Source: Camelus ferus (Eukaryota). From it: a stretch of DNA of 64,000 bases. The stretch spans positions 77,316,001 through 77,380,000 of the forward strand of contig NC_045696.1 in assembly GCF_009834535.1 (NCBI RefSeq), read 5' to 3'. Under the pieces are notes generated by a model. That model was given only the letters and a program-made list of their open reading frames with translations. It was not told the origin of the DNA and searched no databases. How positions within the stretch are numbered: position 1 is the stretch's first letter; the number at the start of each line of letters is the position of its first letter. The position numbers were made by a program, and so were the translations under genes. Shown one piece after another: positions 28,016-40,086 of the stretch.

Positions 28016-28733
28016 AATAGGCAATACAAAACAATGCACCTGCTCCTACCTCCCTGAATTTTCTCCCAATAAACACTGTTCTAGGACTATTGGTATTTCT
28101 TACAACATTAACAATGTTTGTTTAACTGATAGTGATGAGAATGGTATACTTCAGGAATGGATGGGAAATTCATTTTAGAGCAGAGATTTCCTGTTTGATT
28201 GGAGAGGGAGAAAAGTTCGCATATAAAGTGATGCAGTAAGTTATTGTTTATTATGAATTTGGCTACAGATTCATGGAAGTATCAGCTTGTTGTTATGAAC
28301 TGCCATGGTAGAACCCCTCACACACACCTTATTCAACACAGGTAATTTTAAGACAGATGATCTTCCTTTCAGTTGTTGGATCGGGGGTGAGGGGTATTTA
28401 TGATTAGATTCCACTTTATAAGAGGTATCATTTTGAAGCTTTTAAGTAATGTGTGCCCTGGCCTTTTTCTTCTCTCTCACACCTTTTGATGTGTAAAAAT
28501 TGAAACTGCAGTTCACTGGGACATGCATATACATATATTCTCATTTGTCCCTCATTGGGTTTTTAATTTAAATCATATTTTACATTAAAACATTTCATTT
28601 GGTTAATTTGCAAATCTGCTCAATAAAGTTTTTATAGTTTCTTGTTTTCTGTTCATGCTTTCAAGTTTGAGTTATATTTCCCTAAGTAGTAGTAAGCACG
28701 GGTTTAAAAAATACTTGTCTTCGTTGGTTAGCA

Positions 28734-28963
28734 GACATTTGGCCATGCCATAAGGTCCTTGAAATTTGGTCCTACACAAAATTTTCATGAGCATATTTGG
28801 TCCATGCCAAATGGTTTTGGACAGGATCAAATATCAAGGATCTTTTGACATGGACCAAATGCTTTATGGGCATTTTGGACAGGACCAAATGGTCTGGCAA
28901 ATATCAAGGACATTTTGGGGTGGGCCAATTATCTTATGGATGTTTTGGACAGGACCAAATGTC
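28734..28963. repeat. Foldback array of ~29-bp units (3 reverse, 5 forward); probable non-autonomous DNA transposon
   Basis: atttggtcc..caaa three times, then ttttggacaggaccaaat-like units five times. Termini gacatttgg / ccaaatgtc. Confidence 0.75.
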
Positions 28964-30666
28964 CTTCAAGGGTTTGTGGTCTCTGTAGGTCTAATTCTGT
29001 TGCCTTGGTGAAAGGGTCGCTAGTTCTTGCTTATGGTGACTCATTTTCTTGGTGCTAAAGGGGTTTGACCATTTACTCAACTTTATTAGAAAATTATTTG
29101 GTGAAATTCCTTGTAGCCTGGGATTAGGGTGATTTTCTTCAGAGCGGATTTGCTTTGCTTTTTTTGCCAGGTATTTTGGGCACATCCAACCAGGGGCCGT
29201 ATTGAAGTATATTAATACTCTGAAGGCTTGAGAATTCACAGATGGTACAAATTTGGATTGAAAGCCCATGTATGAACTGGCTCTCAGAGGTAAGTCTTTT
29301 TCATATTGCTCTTCTCAACAACAAAGCACATATACTACATATCTTTCAATTTCATACTCGTAAGTAAAAATGACAGACAAGTTTGAGAACAAAGACAACT
29401 GATTCATGGTAAGTAAAACTGGTATCCGTCATTAAGATTTACAGAATTTATGTAGTGTGTTGCCTGATCTAGCAAGTCATGTGAGTTTAGGTAAGCAATT
29501 TTTTTCTGTATTTTATTTCAACCAGACTCCAGAGAAACTGAGGTAAAATTACAGGATCTAAGAATGAATAGGTTGGTTGGGAAACAAGTTATAAAATATC
29601 TGAATTGTCACGTTAGAAATTATAAATATTATTGAGTTGGTTATGGAATGTCATTAGAGTTTGTGTAGTGTTTTTGTTTTAGTAGTGAAGTGAAGTGAGA
29701 GCTGCTTCCTAAGATTATTTTACCAAAAGTGGAAATAAAAATCTGAATTGTTATTATGATTGCTTCTCTTTCCATGTTACCTGCAAAGATAAGATTTGGA
29801 CATACCTAAGATTAGAACTTCTAATAGGCTAAAACAAGAAGAAAAAAACATTAAAAACCCCAGAAAACTTCTCCCTACTTAGTAAAACAGCTGCTGCTCC
29901 TGACTGCTTCAGTTTATGGTTGAATAAAAATTAAATACATGGTACCCTGAAGAAAATTTTTCAATTACATAAAATGAATAAACCATGATGACAGAATAAA
30001 CTGCCAACAATTACCACACCAATACATGGACAAAATAAATTATTTATATTATTTTATTGTCTTCCATCTGTATTTTAAGACGGGGCCTGCACTTCAGCAA
30101 TATAAGAAGCTGAACATTTTTAATACCAACTATTAATTATGTGACAGTCAACCCAGTCATAAGTGGCAATGCAAATGTATCCTTAATATGACTGGAAGTA
30201 ACAGACTGACTAAAAATACCCTTTGTGCCTTTGTTTTCTCTTCTGTACTTAACTGCCATATGGCTTGTGACAACCCTGGAAAAGTGAAGTGATTATTCCT
30301 ACTAACCTTAAAGACATTCACACTTAGTGAATGTGAGTCAGATATATGTAATATTTGCATGTTATATAAATAATGAAATTTGTTTTGGTCTTATAAAAGT
30401 ACTCTTCTTTGCTCTACAACTTCAGCCTAACTATGGCTTAAGCTCTTATTTCTAAATGTATTATTCTGTCTTACTTCAAAAATTTGATTCTAGCAGTTGC
30501 ATGCCCTAATACTTTTAGTAAAATTACAGTTACTGTCATTTTAATTACAATATACTGTGGTGTGTTCCTCTTTGGGTTTATCCTGAATGGGACTCTCTGT
30601 GCTCCTTGGACTTGAGTGACCATTTCCTTTTCCAGATTAGGGAAGTTTTCAGCCATTATGCTTTCA

Positions 30667-31105
30667 AATATATCATGATAGATACATATGTGCCTTATTA
30701 TAATAATCGATCAAATCAGTAATACAAAGAATTTTTAAAATATTTTAATAATTGTAGAAAAATAGGTCATTTAAACCTGGCATTCTAGGTAATTCATTAT
30801 TTGAGCCAATTTAAAATTTATATCATAAGATTTGTCAGTGAAACGTATGTTGACATCTCACATAAAACAAACGGTCAGGAGTGGGACCTCCCACAAAGGC
30901 GGTTTTTCTCACCCCTGCCACAGTCCTGAAGCCTCTGACTTTCATGCTTCCAGAACTCCAATCCCAGGGTCAACCGTCTTCCACTTGCCACTCCTGACAC
31001 CTGCTGTATCACATAACAAGAAGAGAAATACGGCGTGTACCGGCTTGTGGTAGTCATAGCAGCTCCGAGTTAGGCCCTCCCCGCAGGAGGTCTTTCCGGG
31101 CTGTT
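30667..31105 (-). repeat. Diverged local duplicate of 33269-33708 (exon plus adjacent intron)
   Basis: Direct alignment by eye. acagtcctgaagcctctga, atgcttccagaactccaatccca and ggcttgtggtagtcatag are present in both copies. Confidence 0.95.
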
Positions 31106-31440
31106 GGGCGGGGCCAGGTGCCACCAGCACCGACTTCCGGCTTCACGTCGTAGAACGAGCTCCCAAATATGGTTGCCGCCAGTGTCCGTGTCCCAGGGTG
31201 AGCTGCCGCTGCTCTGGCCTCTCCAGGAAGTTCTTCAAGACCATCAGGTAGGTCTGGCCGAGGTTCCTATCAAATGACCGCTTTGGCCCTGGGTCCCGTG
31301 CACGAGAGGCTTTGTGTGTGCTCCTTAAGAGTGAGGTCTCTGTTTTCCGCAGTCCGTTGGGACTCCCGAAGTTATGCCCCACTGGCCTTCAAACATAAAC
31401 GCACTCGTCTTCCTGGTGCCGGACCCCCGGGCTGGGGAGC
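31025..31440. promoter_or_regulatory. CpG-retaining island-like segment with GC box and ETS motif
   Basis: The only CpG-dense stretch in the window. GGGCGGGGC at ~31106 and ACTTCCGG at ~31133. Confidence 0.4.
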
Positions 31441-31740
31441 CTGACATGGGGCTCAGAACCCTCACTCCTGTGGGAGGGCCTCTGCCATATAATTATTCTC
31501 CAGTTTGTGGTTAGCCCATCCCAGAGGTGTGGGACATGATTATGTTATGAGTCCGCTCCTCCTACCCATCTTGTTGTGGTTCCTTCTTTAGGTTGTTAGT
31601 TGTAGATCTTTTATGGTAGGATTTGGTCTTTTTCACAGGTGGTTGTTCTGCAGATAGTTGTGGTTTTGGTGTGCTCGTGAGAGGAGGTGAGATCAGGGTG
31701 TCTTTACTCCACCATCTTGGCCCACTCTCTAGTTTCTGTC

Positions 31741-32300
31741 CAATTTATAATTTCATCCTCAGAAATTTCTCTCCTAATGGCTGTTTTCCTTCATTTTGTT
31801 CGCTTTTGTTTGAAAGCAAGTGCGTCCACTTGCTTGAGTGATGGCCTATCTAAGGAGAGAAAATTTGTGAAGCTAGTTATTGTTTGGGTTTGTTCCCCCT
31901 TTGCTCTCAACTATTATTGTTATAAAGAGCTTATCTATTGGGTGACGTTGGAGTAAGAGACTTATCTAGTGTCTTTCTTCCATTTGGTACAAATAACAGT
32001 TGTCTAGGAATTTTGGCATATCTGGCACATGTGGTTTTCCTAGGCAGCACCCAGTTTCACTTCACTAGTCCATAAAGGACCCAGGGAGACAAACTCATTC
32101 CCATTCCTCTCCAACCAGTGCTGCCCCATGCCTCATCACCTTCCGAGGTGCAGTTATCTGAGTTGGCTAAGTAGAGATCAAGGCAAAGCAAAAGTTTCTT
32201 CCTCAGGTAAATACATACTCCCTCTTGCAGAGCCACGGGGTCCAGCTGGGAGCTCCTGTGCACATCCATTGTGGAGGTGGCCTAAGGATGACTCCGGAAT
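31741..32300 (-). pseudogene. Probable terminal exon remnant
   Basis: Acceptor atgttttag|ATTCCG and higher GC than the flanks. Phase-0 reading IPESSLGHLHNGCAQELPAGPRGSARGSMYLPEEETFALP*. The 3' limit is uncertain. Confidence 0.4.
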
Positions 32301-33525
32301 CTAAAACATACTATGGCATTTTCATAGTTAACAAAGGGCAGTTTGGCAAGTGTCAAGCTTAAGAAATGCCTGGATGAAAAATGAGGCCAAGTTCTACACC
32401 TTTTTTTCAGACGTATCCAAATTGTCAGGGGACATATATTGAGTATCTTTCATTCTTCTGTGTTGAGGGAATGAGAAATAGGTTAGACAGTGCATCTTAA
32501 ACCACCAGGAAAGCTAATCTGTCTCATTGAGCATTCTGTGATACCATTTTCACTGCAAATAGGTTGAAAACAATCCAATTTTTCAATCTGATCAAATGCT
32601 GCTATTGTTAATGCTGTTCTTGTAGAAAATCTGCAACTATTTGACTGATAGAGAATGTGAATAAAAAATACTGGTGGTTTTATTTAACATGTAGCACCCT
32701 GTTGTAAATGCTTGTGGAATCAGTATATACTCAGCTACATTCTGTATTCGTGTGATCTATGATTATATTAAAATTGTTCCCTATTCCCTTAATATTTCAT
32801 TATATTTTTGTGGAATAAATTATTACTGTGATTTTTGCAAACCTTCACTTTTCATTAGTTAAGAAGATATAGCCATCAGTTGCCCAATTTTCCTACTAAA
32901 CATATTTCAAAGTTCATTTTGGGTCCCTGCCAAGTTATTTTGTAAGATTCTGATTATTAGTTCATATTTGAATTTATAGTACCCTTCAACCTAACCTTTG
33001 CCATAAGAAGCAGTTCTGATTTGGAGATGTGTAGTTTATTAAATCCCATTTTTTTCTTATTTAATATCTCAAATAGATATTACTTTCTACAAATTGCTAA
33101 TCTTACTTTTGGAAAGAAATGCAGAAGTTTCAAGGTTACCTTGGGAACTCTGAAAAAAAAAGTTTGATAATTTTCCACCTGTAATTTAGAATACCCATGA
33201 TTCACATTGCGATGTATATGACCTTTGTGTCACTTTGAAGCTCCTGTGATCGTTCTTCAAATTCATCATATATACCATGATAAATGCATATGTAATTTAT
33301 TGTATTAATCAAATCAGTAGTTCAAAGAATTTTTTTCAGTATTTTATTAAGTCTAGAAAAAGAGGCCGTTTAAACCTGCCATTTCTAGATAATTCATTAT
33401 TTGAGTCAATTTAAAATTAATATCATAAGGTTTGTCAGTAAAAAATGTATTGTCATCTTATATAAAACAAATAGTCAGGGTGGGATTAGCTCTTCATGGA
33501 CCTCTCAGAAAGGTGTTTTTCTCAC

Positions 33526-33703
33526 CTCTGCTACAGTCCTGAAGCCTCTGATTTTAATGCTTCCAGAACTCCAATCCCAACATCAACCGTCTTCCACACG
33601 CCACTCTTGATACCACCTATATCACGTAACAAGATGAGAAATGTGGCGTGCACTGGCTTGTGGTAGTCATAGAAACTCCAAGTTTAGGTCTTTCCGACAT
33701 TGG
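33526..33703 (-). pseudogene. 178-nt exon remnant (putative cytoplasmic tail)
   Basis: Canonical acceptor ttctcatttacag| and donor GAG|gtgaga. All three frames contain stops. Confidence 0.55.
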
Positions 33704-34498
33704 CTGTAAATGAGAATTTTATGTACACTGTCTAAAAAATCGTCCAAAATTGAAAAATAAGGCAAAAGTGATTGATAGACCCTTTCAGTGTTATACTAGG
33801 GCAAAGAGCACTGAAAATTATTTAGGTAAATGCACTTAGTTTGATTCACCATTTACCATTGATTAAACTCTCAGATATGTTGAAGTTAACGGTTAGCTTG
33901 TAGATTTTTGTCCAGTAGAGATATAAATAATTTCTGTTCTGTGGAGCACATAACCGTAGAGACTGTGTTTCACAGCTCTGGTGGCTAGTAACCAATTTGG
34001 TAACCTACTCAATGAATCTAACATCCTATAAATAGCCTAGCTTCTCAGCTATAATTTGAGTCAGTCATACTGTCATTTTACTGAAACTCTTATGAATCAA
34101 CGAGTTAAATAAAATTTTAACATTTTTTTTCTATATTTGCCTGAGAATCAGTTGATTCAGCTATTTGAAAGTTGTAGTTTAAGAATCGTTTTTGGAATAT
34201 GTGGATATCTGAGCCACGTTGCAGACTTCCATGTTTGGAGACTCTGGTATCCATGGGTTTCCCAGGATAATGTTAAGGAAAATTCAGCAAAATGATGAAG
34301 TCTATGTAGGTTGTGTGCTATGTTCGGCCAGTGCCTTGTTCGTGCCTCAGCCTTGTGAGATGCTCAATGTAGTCTGCCTTTCCTCATCTTCAAGACCCAT
34401 CCCAATGTTGCTTGCTCTGAGTCTTCTCTGATGCCCAGCAATCTGCAACTCAGAACCAACATTTCCTTCCTCTTGCAATCTCTTGGTATTTTACTCAC

Positions 34499-35167
34499 GT
34501 TTCTCTTGTGTTGTAAATTTAGTTCATGTGCCACTTTCATTAGCAGAGATCCTGTCATAGTCATTTCTGTTCAGTTTTCTCCTAACACACTGATAAGAAG
34601 AGAAAGTGTATACAATGAAAGGGCAGTAACACAGTAACCCACGAGTGAATGAAAGACGAAGGAGTAAGTTAATGGAAATGATCAAATGATCGTATACACG
34701 CTAAGGCTCGTAGTCAGCCTGATAATAAAAGAGTAGAGGATTGTGTTGGAAGTGGGTAGGATGGAAAATAGACAATAATAGGCCAAATCAGGAATGACCT
34801 TGCACACCGGATTATTAAAATTTTTCAATTAGAAGAACTAACTTCAGTATCTTTATGTCAGTTCCCAAGTACTTTGCATTTGTGAAAATATAAAAGCTTT
34901 TATCTAAATATATTGTTTAATGACCTCAAACTCCACCCAAGTCAGCATACTGTATACAGATTTGCTAACACTGTCTAAAAACCTTAAAACATGTGCAGTT
35001 AAACAGCCAGTGTGTTCCTTGCTACCTTGTGAGATTTAGTAAGAAATAATGTTCAACTATACTACCGTTTGGCTTGTAAGAACAATTTCATTTCTCAATT
35101 TAACTCCTAATATGGAATAAAATGTCCTTTTTTTTCATCCCTCTCTTGAGGGAGTATTTCAGATTCA
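34499..35167 (-). pseudogene. Exon remnant: SEA-like, stalk, decayed TM helix and juxtamembrane segment
   Basis: Acceptor gattcttcag|. Reads NIISY*ISQGS and WLFNCT, then HLIISINLLLRLSFTRGLLCYCPFIVYTFSSYQCVRRKLNRNDYDRIS. Donor AAC|gtgagt. Confidence 0.55.
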
Positions 35168-35320
35168 CTGAAGAATCAGGAGATGAAAGAAACAGACAAA
35201 CTTTTTTGTAGAATTTTTTCAAAGGAAAATTTATTTTTGAAAGTATGAGGCTTTTTTTAAAGGTTCATGTGAATCGCATTCCGTTTCAGAGTCCTGACCT
35301 GCCCCTGTGTTGTGCCTTAC

Positions 35321-36240
35321 TTTTTTTGCCAGCCCTTTCCGCTACCCTTTCATCTTTCTCCTTGTTAAGTTGTGTCTTCTGTGCAGGATTAGACCCAAAG
35401 GTTTTAACATTTTTTTCAGTTTTTCTTAAATCAAGTGTGGTTGCAATCAGGTACCTATTTGGAGAGTTAAGGAACAGAGAGAAGGGAGAAAAGGGAAGGC
35501 CCTGCTGGGAAAAAAAGACCAAAACAGGAACAGAGAGGAAAAGGTGAAGCTCTGTTAGCAATTAACACAGCATATACTTTTCACTTCAGCATCTAGAGAA
35601 ATATTTGGTGAAATTAAGGAAATGACTTATAAGCTACCTCTGGACTCCTTTTTATTTATCTACTTTTTTTTTTCTTTTGCATGAAAAAGTCTCATTTAAT
35701 GAAATGACTACATTTAGAGAATTGAACTCTGCTTTAGAAGTAATAATGATCTAGTCCAAAACCTTTAGAAATAACTGGAAAGGAACCAAAGAACCGCTGG
35801 AAAATTCAACAGTGAGCACCAATTAAACTAAATCTTCAAAAGTTTGTTTCTCTAAACTGTTGCAGTGGACAAATAACTAAGTATTAGTGCTCCACATTGA
35901 ATGTACATTTTCATTTTCCTCATTTTTCTTCTCTAGCTTGTGTTCAGCAATCCTCAACTGTTTGACTTAATTCAAATCCTTTTTCAGTTTGTTTAATGAG
36001 AGGGAAAAGAAATGCATCTGACCTTTGCTTTGTTTGCAAAATTCAACTGCTGACATGACAACCTTCTCTGTTTTCTTAAATTTTGGATTGGTAGACTAGA
36101 CTGCAACAATTCTTCAACTCCTCTCTTCAGAAGAAGGGAATTTAGTTATTAATTAGAGACAAAGAATCTGATCCTGGTTTCACCTTGATAATCAAAAGCA
36201 CTCTGGGAGGTCTATTAGAATTAGATTTCACTTGACTGAT
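35321..36240 (-). pseudogene. Coding remnant, CADG-SEA-CADG
   Basis: In order: SNRPPRVLLIIKVKPG..IP (~36215); MHFFSLSLNKLKKDLN*VKQLRIAEHKL..MWSTNT*LFVHC..SSGSLVPFQLF (SEA-like, 36020-35760); ISPNISLDAEV..QQGLP..RYLIATTLD..VKTF (35620-35400). Donor AAA|gtaagg. Confidence 0.55.
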
Positions 36241-36620
36241 TAGGATAATACTGTGACGGGAAATTTTAAACTGCTATACTTAGAAATGGGTCAGGAGAAA
36301 AAAGGAAATGCATTTTTATACTGATAGAAACAAAAGAACCTTAATCAAGAGTTGTTTTCCCTGCTCCTCCCTGAATAATAAGCTGGAAACTTCACCAGCA
36401 ATGATATCTATTTGACTCATTTTTTTTTTAACTTTTTAATGTATATTGTAAACCTAACTCTGAAAAGCTTGTGAGAACCACGATTATGGAAAACAATTTA
36501 GCTAAATCTATAAACTATGGTACTAGAGAACAAGCACAAAGTAGAGCAATCAGGATGGTTAGAAAGCCGATATGTTGTCTGGAACCTTCTTTTTCTTCTC
36601 TCGGCCTCAGAAGAGACTTA

Positions 36621-36991
36621 CTACCAATTGTTAAATTGAATTCTTAGATAGTGTTTGTGTTTCAGTGAGCCCTGTTAGTTCTTTTCCTCATTACTATAGA
36701 CATAGTGAATCCTTTGAATAGGCTTATTAAAACATTTGGATCGTCCAGATGCATGCTGAACTTCCATGATATGTGATAGCCTGTAATAGCCCTGAGGCAG
36801 ACTTAATCTCATCTGCCGTGGGCTGGCTTGTGGTGTGAATTTTCATACTGCATGGGTATGCATGTGTGGTGCGCAGTCCTAGTTCACTGTCTGACATCTG
36901 TGGCTCAGTGTGGCTTCATTTTATTCTACTTGTTCCATGTATGTAACATGTGTAGTGATAAAATCTCATGGTTTTATGGGAAAAGACACAC
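36621..36991 (-). pseudogene. Exon remnant, Ser/Thr-rich
   Basis: Strong acceptor ttttctttag|G and donor GTA|gtaagt. Reads LRTTHAYPCSMKIHTTSQPTADEIKSAS. Confidence 0.5.
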
Positions 36992-37554
36992 CTAAAGAAA
37001 ACCAATAACTTTTCCTGTCTTTAAAAGTGAAGAAATCTTAAGGGAAAAAAGCATAGTTTTCATTTAGATAAGAGGAATCTTGGAAAAATAAAAAGTATAA
37101 TATTGAATTTGCTGTTGCTCTGATATGGAAATGAAAAATATTGCATAAATTTCATATGCAAACAAAAGAGAGGGGGAGAGAGGGAAAGAAAATGATATTT
37201 GTAAAACTACTTTTTGCTTCAAACAACACAGATGTTTTCAGTCTGGTGGAAAAAAATACTATTGAAATTTGAAAAGCATCAAAAATGGTTGCTAGAGATT
37301 TATAAATAATTTTATTTTACATTTATAGAATATTTAATTGCTTCAAAGGATCATTTAGTATTTTCAGTTCAGCTTCATGTAATAGAGGAAGTAGTATAAA
37401 TTTTAAATAGTCTTCATAGATTTGGGTCTTTCTTTAATCAGTAATACAACTTTTATGCATTCTGGATATTTACTGTATTTGCATATACATGCATGCATTT
37501 TAGTAGAAGGTAATAAGTTAACCACAGATATTTGCTCTGAGATTTTAAAACCTG

Positions 37555-38374
37555 TGTAGCTGATACTTCCCTGCTCTACCAGTTTCTTTAGAGTTTCTGA
37601 TTTTCATCTGCTTGCTTCATTATCCTAGCAGCCTTCTCTATCTTTTATTGTGTGAGTCTCCACACTTGCTAATAATACTTTTGTATCTCTTGGTTGAGAT
37701 ATACTTAATGAAAACTCCACAGTAAATTCAGCAATTTTAAAATGAATCTGGACTTTTATCATAGTTGTGGATATATTGGGAAACAACAGTACATTATTCA
37801 GTAGTTTATTGAGCAAAGGCTAACTTTGATCAATTTACAAAACCATGGGCTCCTTCTAATAGTTGACTACATCCCCAGATATTCATTGTTTTGAAAAATA
37901 ATGTCATACCAGTTCTGTCATTTGATGAAAAGAATTGGTTGGCAATTTTATGTTTCTTTGCGTACGTTCTAGTGAGGCAAGTTTCCCCACTGAGGGGAGT
38001 TATGAATTGGTGAAAACCCGTATTAGAGAGCCTTAATACCTGTTACACCATGAATGTCTGGAAAGCTGTGAGAGTAGCAGGGGAGAGGATCTGGTATAGC
38101 TTTGAGCCACAATTTCAAAGATACGGGCAGTGGCTAATGTGAAGTCCCTTACTCATCATGCCACTCACCAGGAAGCTCTGTTGAGCAGCTTTAATCATCT
38201 CCACAAAGTTCCTGCTGCCACAGAAGTGGTTAATCTGTGGACCTCCAGCATCTAATGTGGACTCTGCTCACATTCCCTCCAGAATTTTTGTATTATAATG
38301 TCATTTTTGTTCCCTATGGCCCTATTTTTCCTGCTCTCAGCAATTGTCAAGTGAATAAATATCCCAAGGTTTTC
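37555..38374 (-). pseudogene. Exon remnant(s), SEA-like
   Basis: Acceptor cctacatag| at 38374, donor CTG|gtgagt at ~38169, acceptor ctttccag| at ~38058. Reads FHQFITPL..KKHKIANQFFSSNDRTGMTL and includes ORF 37625-37816. Confidence 0.42.
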
Positions 38375-38610
38375 CTATGTAGGTGTATAAAAGAATTTTT
38401 ATATTTATGAACAAAAAGGAAAAATCTTGAACTAAATGTACATTTTTTTCTAAATACAATTCTAAAACTTTAGAGTCTCTAAGGATAATCGTGTATATAT
38501 CTAACGACACCATGAGCCTGCTATGGAACAAATGATTGCATTGCTGACCCGCACACATAAAAACTGAGTGTGTGTGCTTGTGTGTGCATGTGTACTCATT
38601 CTTGCCCTAC

Positions 38611-39740
38611 CATAATAATAAAACCACAGTAATTGCTGAATAAAGTACCACAGTAAAATATGTACTTTTAAATAACCAGCAAAATTCTAAGAAGTTCTTA
38701 GTAGTCCACAGGCCACCAGAATCTTTAACACTGCTTATTCAGCCATTGATTTTTGGTAACTGTATTGAATCAGATTGTCTATACTGTACTTCACAAAATT
38801 CAAGAATGGGTCAAGTATAAGAATGAGAATATTCACAGACATAGGAAGCAAATTTATGGTTACCAGGGCGGGAAGGAAGGGTGGGGAGGGATAAATTGGG
38901 AGTTTGAGATTTGCAGATACTAACTACTGTATATAAAACAGATAAACAAAAAGTTTATACTGTATAACACAGGGAACTATATCCAATATCTTGTAGTAAC
39001 ATATAATGAAATAGAATATGAAAAGAAATATATGTATATATTATATACATATGTACATCTGGTGTACAGTGAGGCATTATACTGTACACCAGAAATTGAC
39101 ATAACACTGTAAACTGACTCTACTTCAATAAAAATAAATAAATAATAAATAGATAGATAGATAGATAGACAGATAGATAGATAGATAAATAGAATAAGAG
39201 TATTGACAAAACAAGAATGGAAAATGTTGACAATTTAAAAAGTGGTTGAAAGTAGTTGGAGACTCATTTGCTTCTGCCTATATTTTAAAGTTTTCAAAAT
39301 AAAAGCTTTTTATCATCTACCAATTCTATATAATATCAAGTGATAAGTTTTTTGAAAGACATCAAGGCATTGTGGAGAAAATGTCTTCTCATTTTCACTG
39401 CTGAAGAAGCCTATGAACTGTATAAGTTTAGACATTCAGAAACACTTGAGCTTAAACTAATGAACAAAAATGAAAGTGTTCTAGGAGGGAGCGACAGAGA
39501 TAATAGAAGCTCAGTGATGAATAAATCAGAAAAATAGTTTAATAAGTTATAAATAGCATGTGTGAATACTAAGTTTCCTTTGGTTACCTGTACGACTGAC
39601 ACTTCTGACCCAAACTGGTTGCTGATAATACCATCAAAATCTTAATTGTTTGTCTTTTATACAACTTCTAAATATATCCATTTTGAAGTATAGATTACAG
39701 TGCTCAAAGGGAAGTTTATACATAGAAATTTAAAGCAGGA
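38611..39740 (-). pseudogene. Two exon remnants (~39740-39588 and 39410-38611), CADG-like, interrupted by a young L1
   Basis: Donor CAG|gtaacc at 39588 joins in phase to acceptor gttcatag| at 39410, giving YQQPVWVRSVSRT|GFFS. ISSVKDSGGLWTTKNF at ~38690-38740 resembles the CADG motif 'ATDKGGLSA.DAF'. Confidence 0.5.
38830..39190 (+). mobile_element. Young L1 3' end (camelid-type) with A-rich/(GATA)n tail
   Basis: atggttaccagggcgggaagg..gggataaattgggagtttgagatttgcagatac. Degenerate target duplication agaatgagaatatt / agaataagagtatt. Confidence 0.9.
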
Positions 39741-40086
39741 CAGGAAGATGCCAAAATATAAATAGCTAAAAATTATTCTGGTAAATCTCACAGAATAGAA
39801 AGTTGTGTGAGGTTATTTACATAAAATATACAAAGATAAAAAATAAGACAAAATCTTATGTAAAGAATATTTATAGAAGGACAAGTTTAATCCTTGAGAA
39901 AACTGTCTTATTTTCTCTAAGGAAATTGACTGCATACTCAAATAATAATGCTGATATTAAATAAATATTCATCAACAGATAACTTATAAAATTGTTTTAT
40001 TTCTTCAAATAATATTATTTTACTTATGACACTAAAAATAAGAAGCATATTTATGGCAATTGCATAGATTGCAGTTTTGTACTCAT

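Larger units (their letters stand above)
30538..31727 (-). mobile_element. Rearranged L1 (L1M2-type): 5'UTR 31727-31105, captured segment, ORF1 fragment 30666-30538
   Basis: The minus strand starts gggccaagatggtggagtaaagacaccctgatctcacctcctctcac, an L1 5' end. The ORF1 peptide is MAENFPNLEKEMVTQVQGAQRVPFRINPKRNTPQYIVIKM. Confidence 0.88.

Noticed and set aside
28734..28963. CRISPR-like periodicity
   Set aside because: The context is eukaryotic, the units are inverted and degenerate, and there are no unique spacers or cas genes.
29285..29500. Cluster of plus-strand GTAAG donor-like motifs
   Set aside because: There is no matching acceptor or ORF, and it abuts an old L1-like fragment.
33526..33703. 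Cystatin QVVSG or kinase-like readings of this exon
   Set aside because: These are short chance motifs in alternative frames and are inconsistent with the surrounding architecture.
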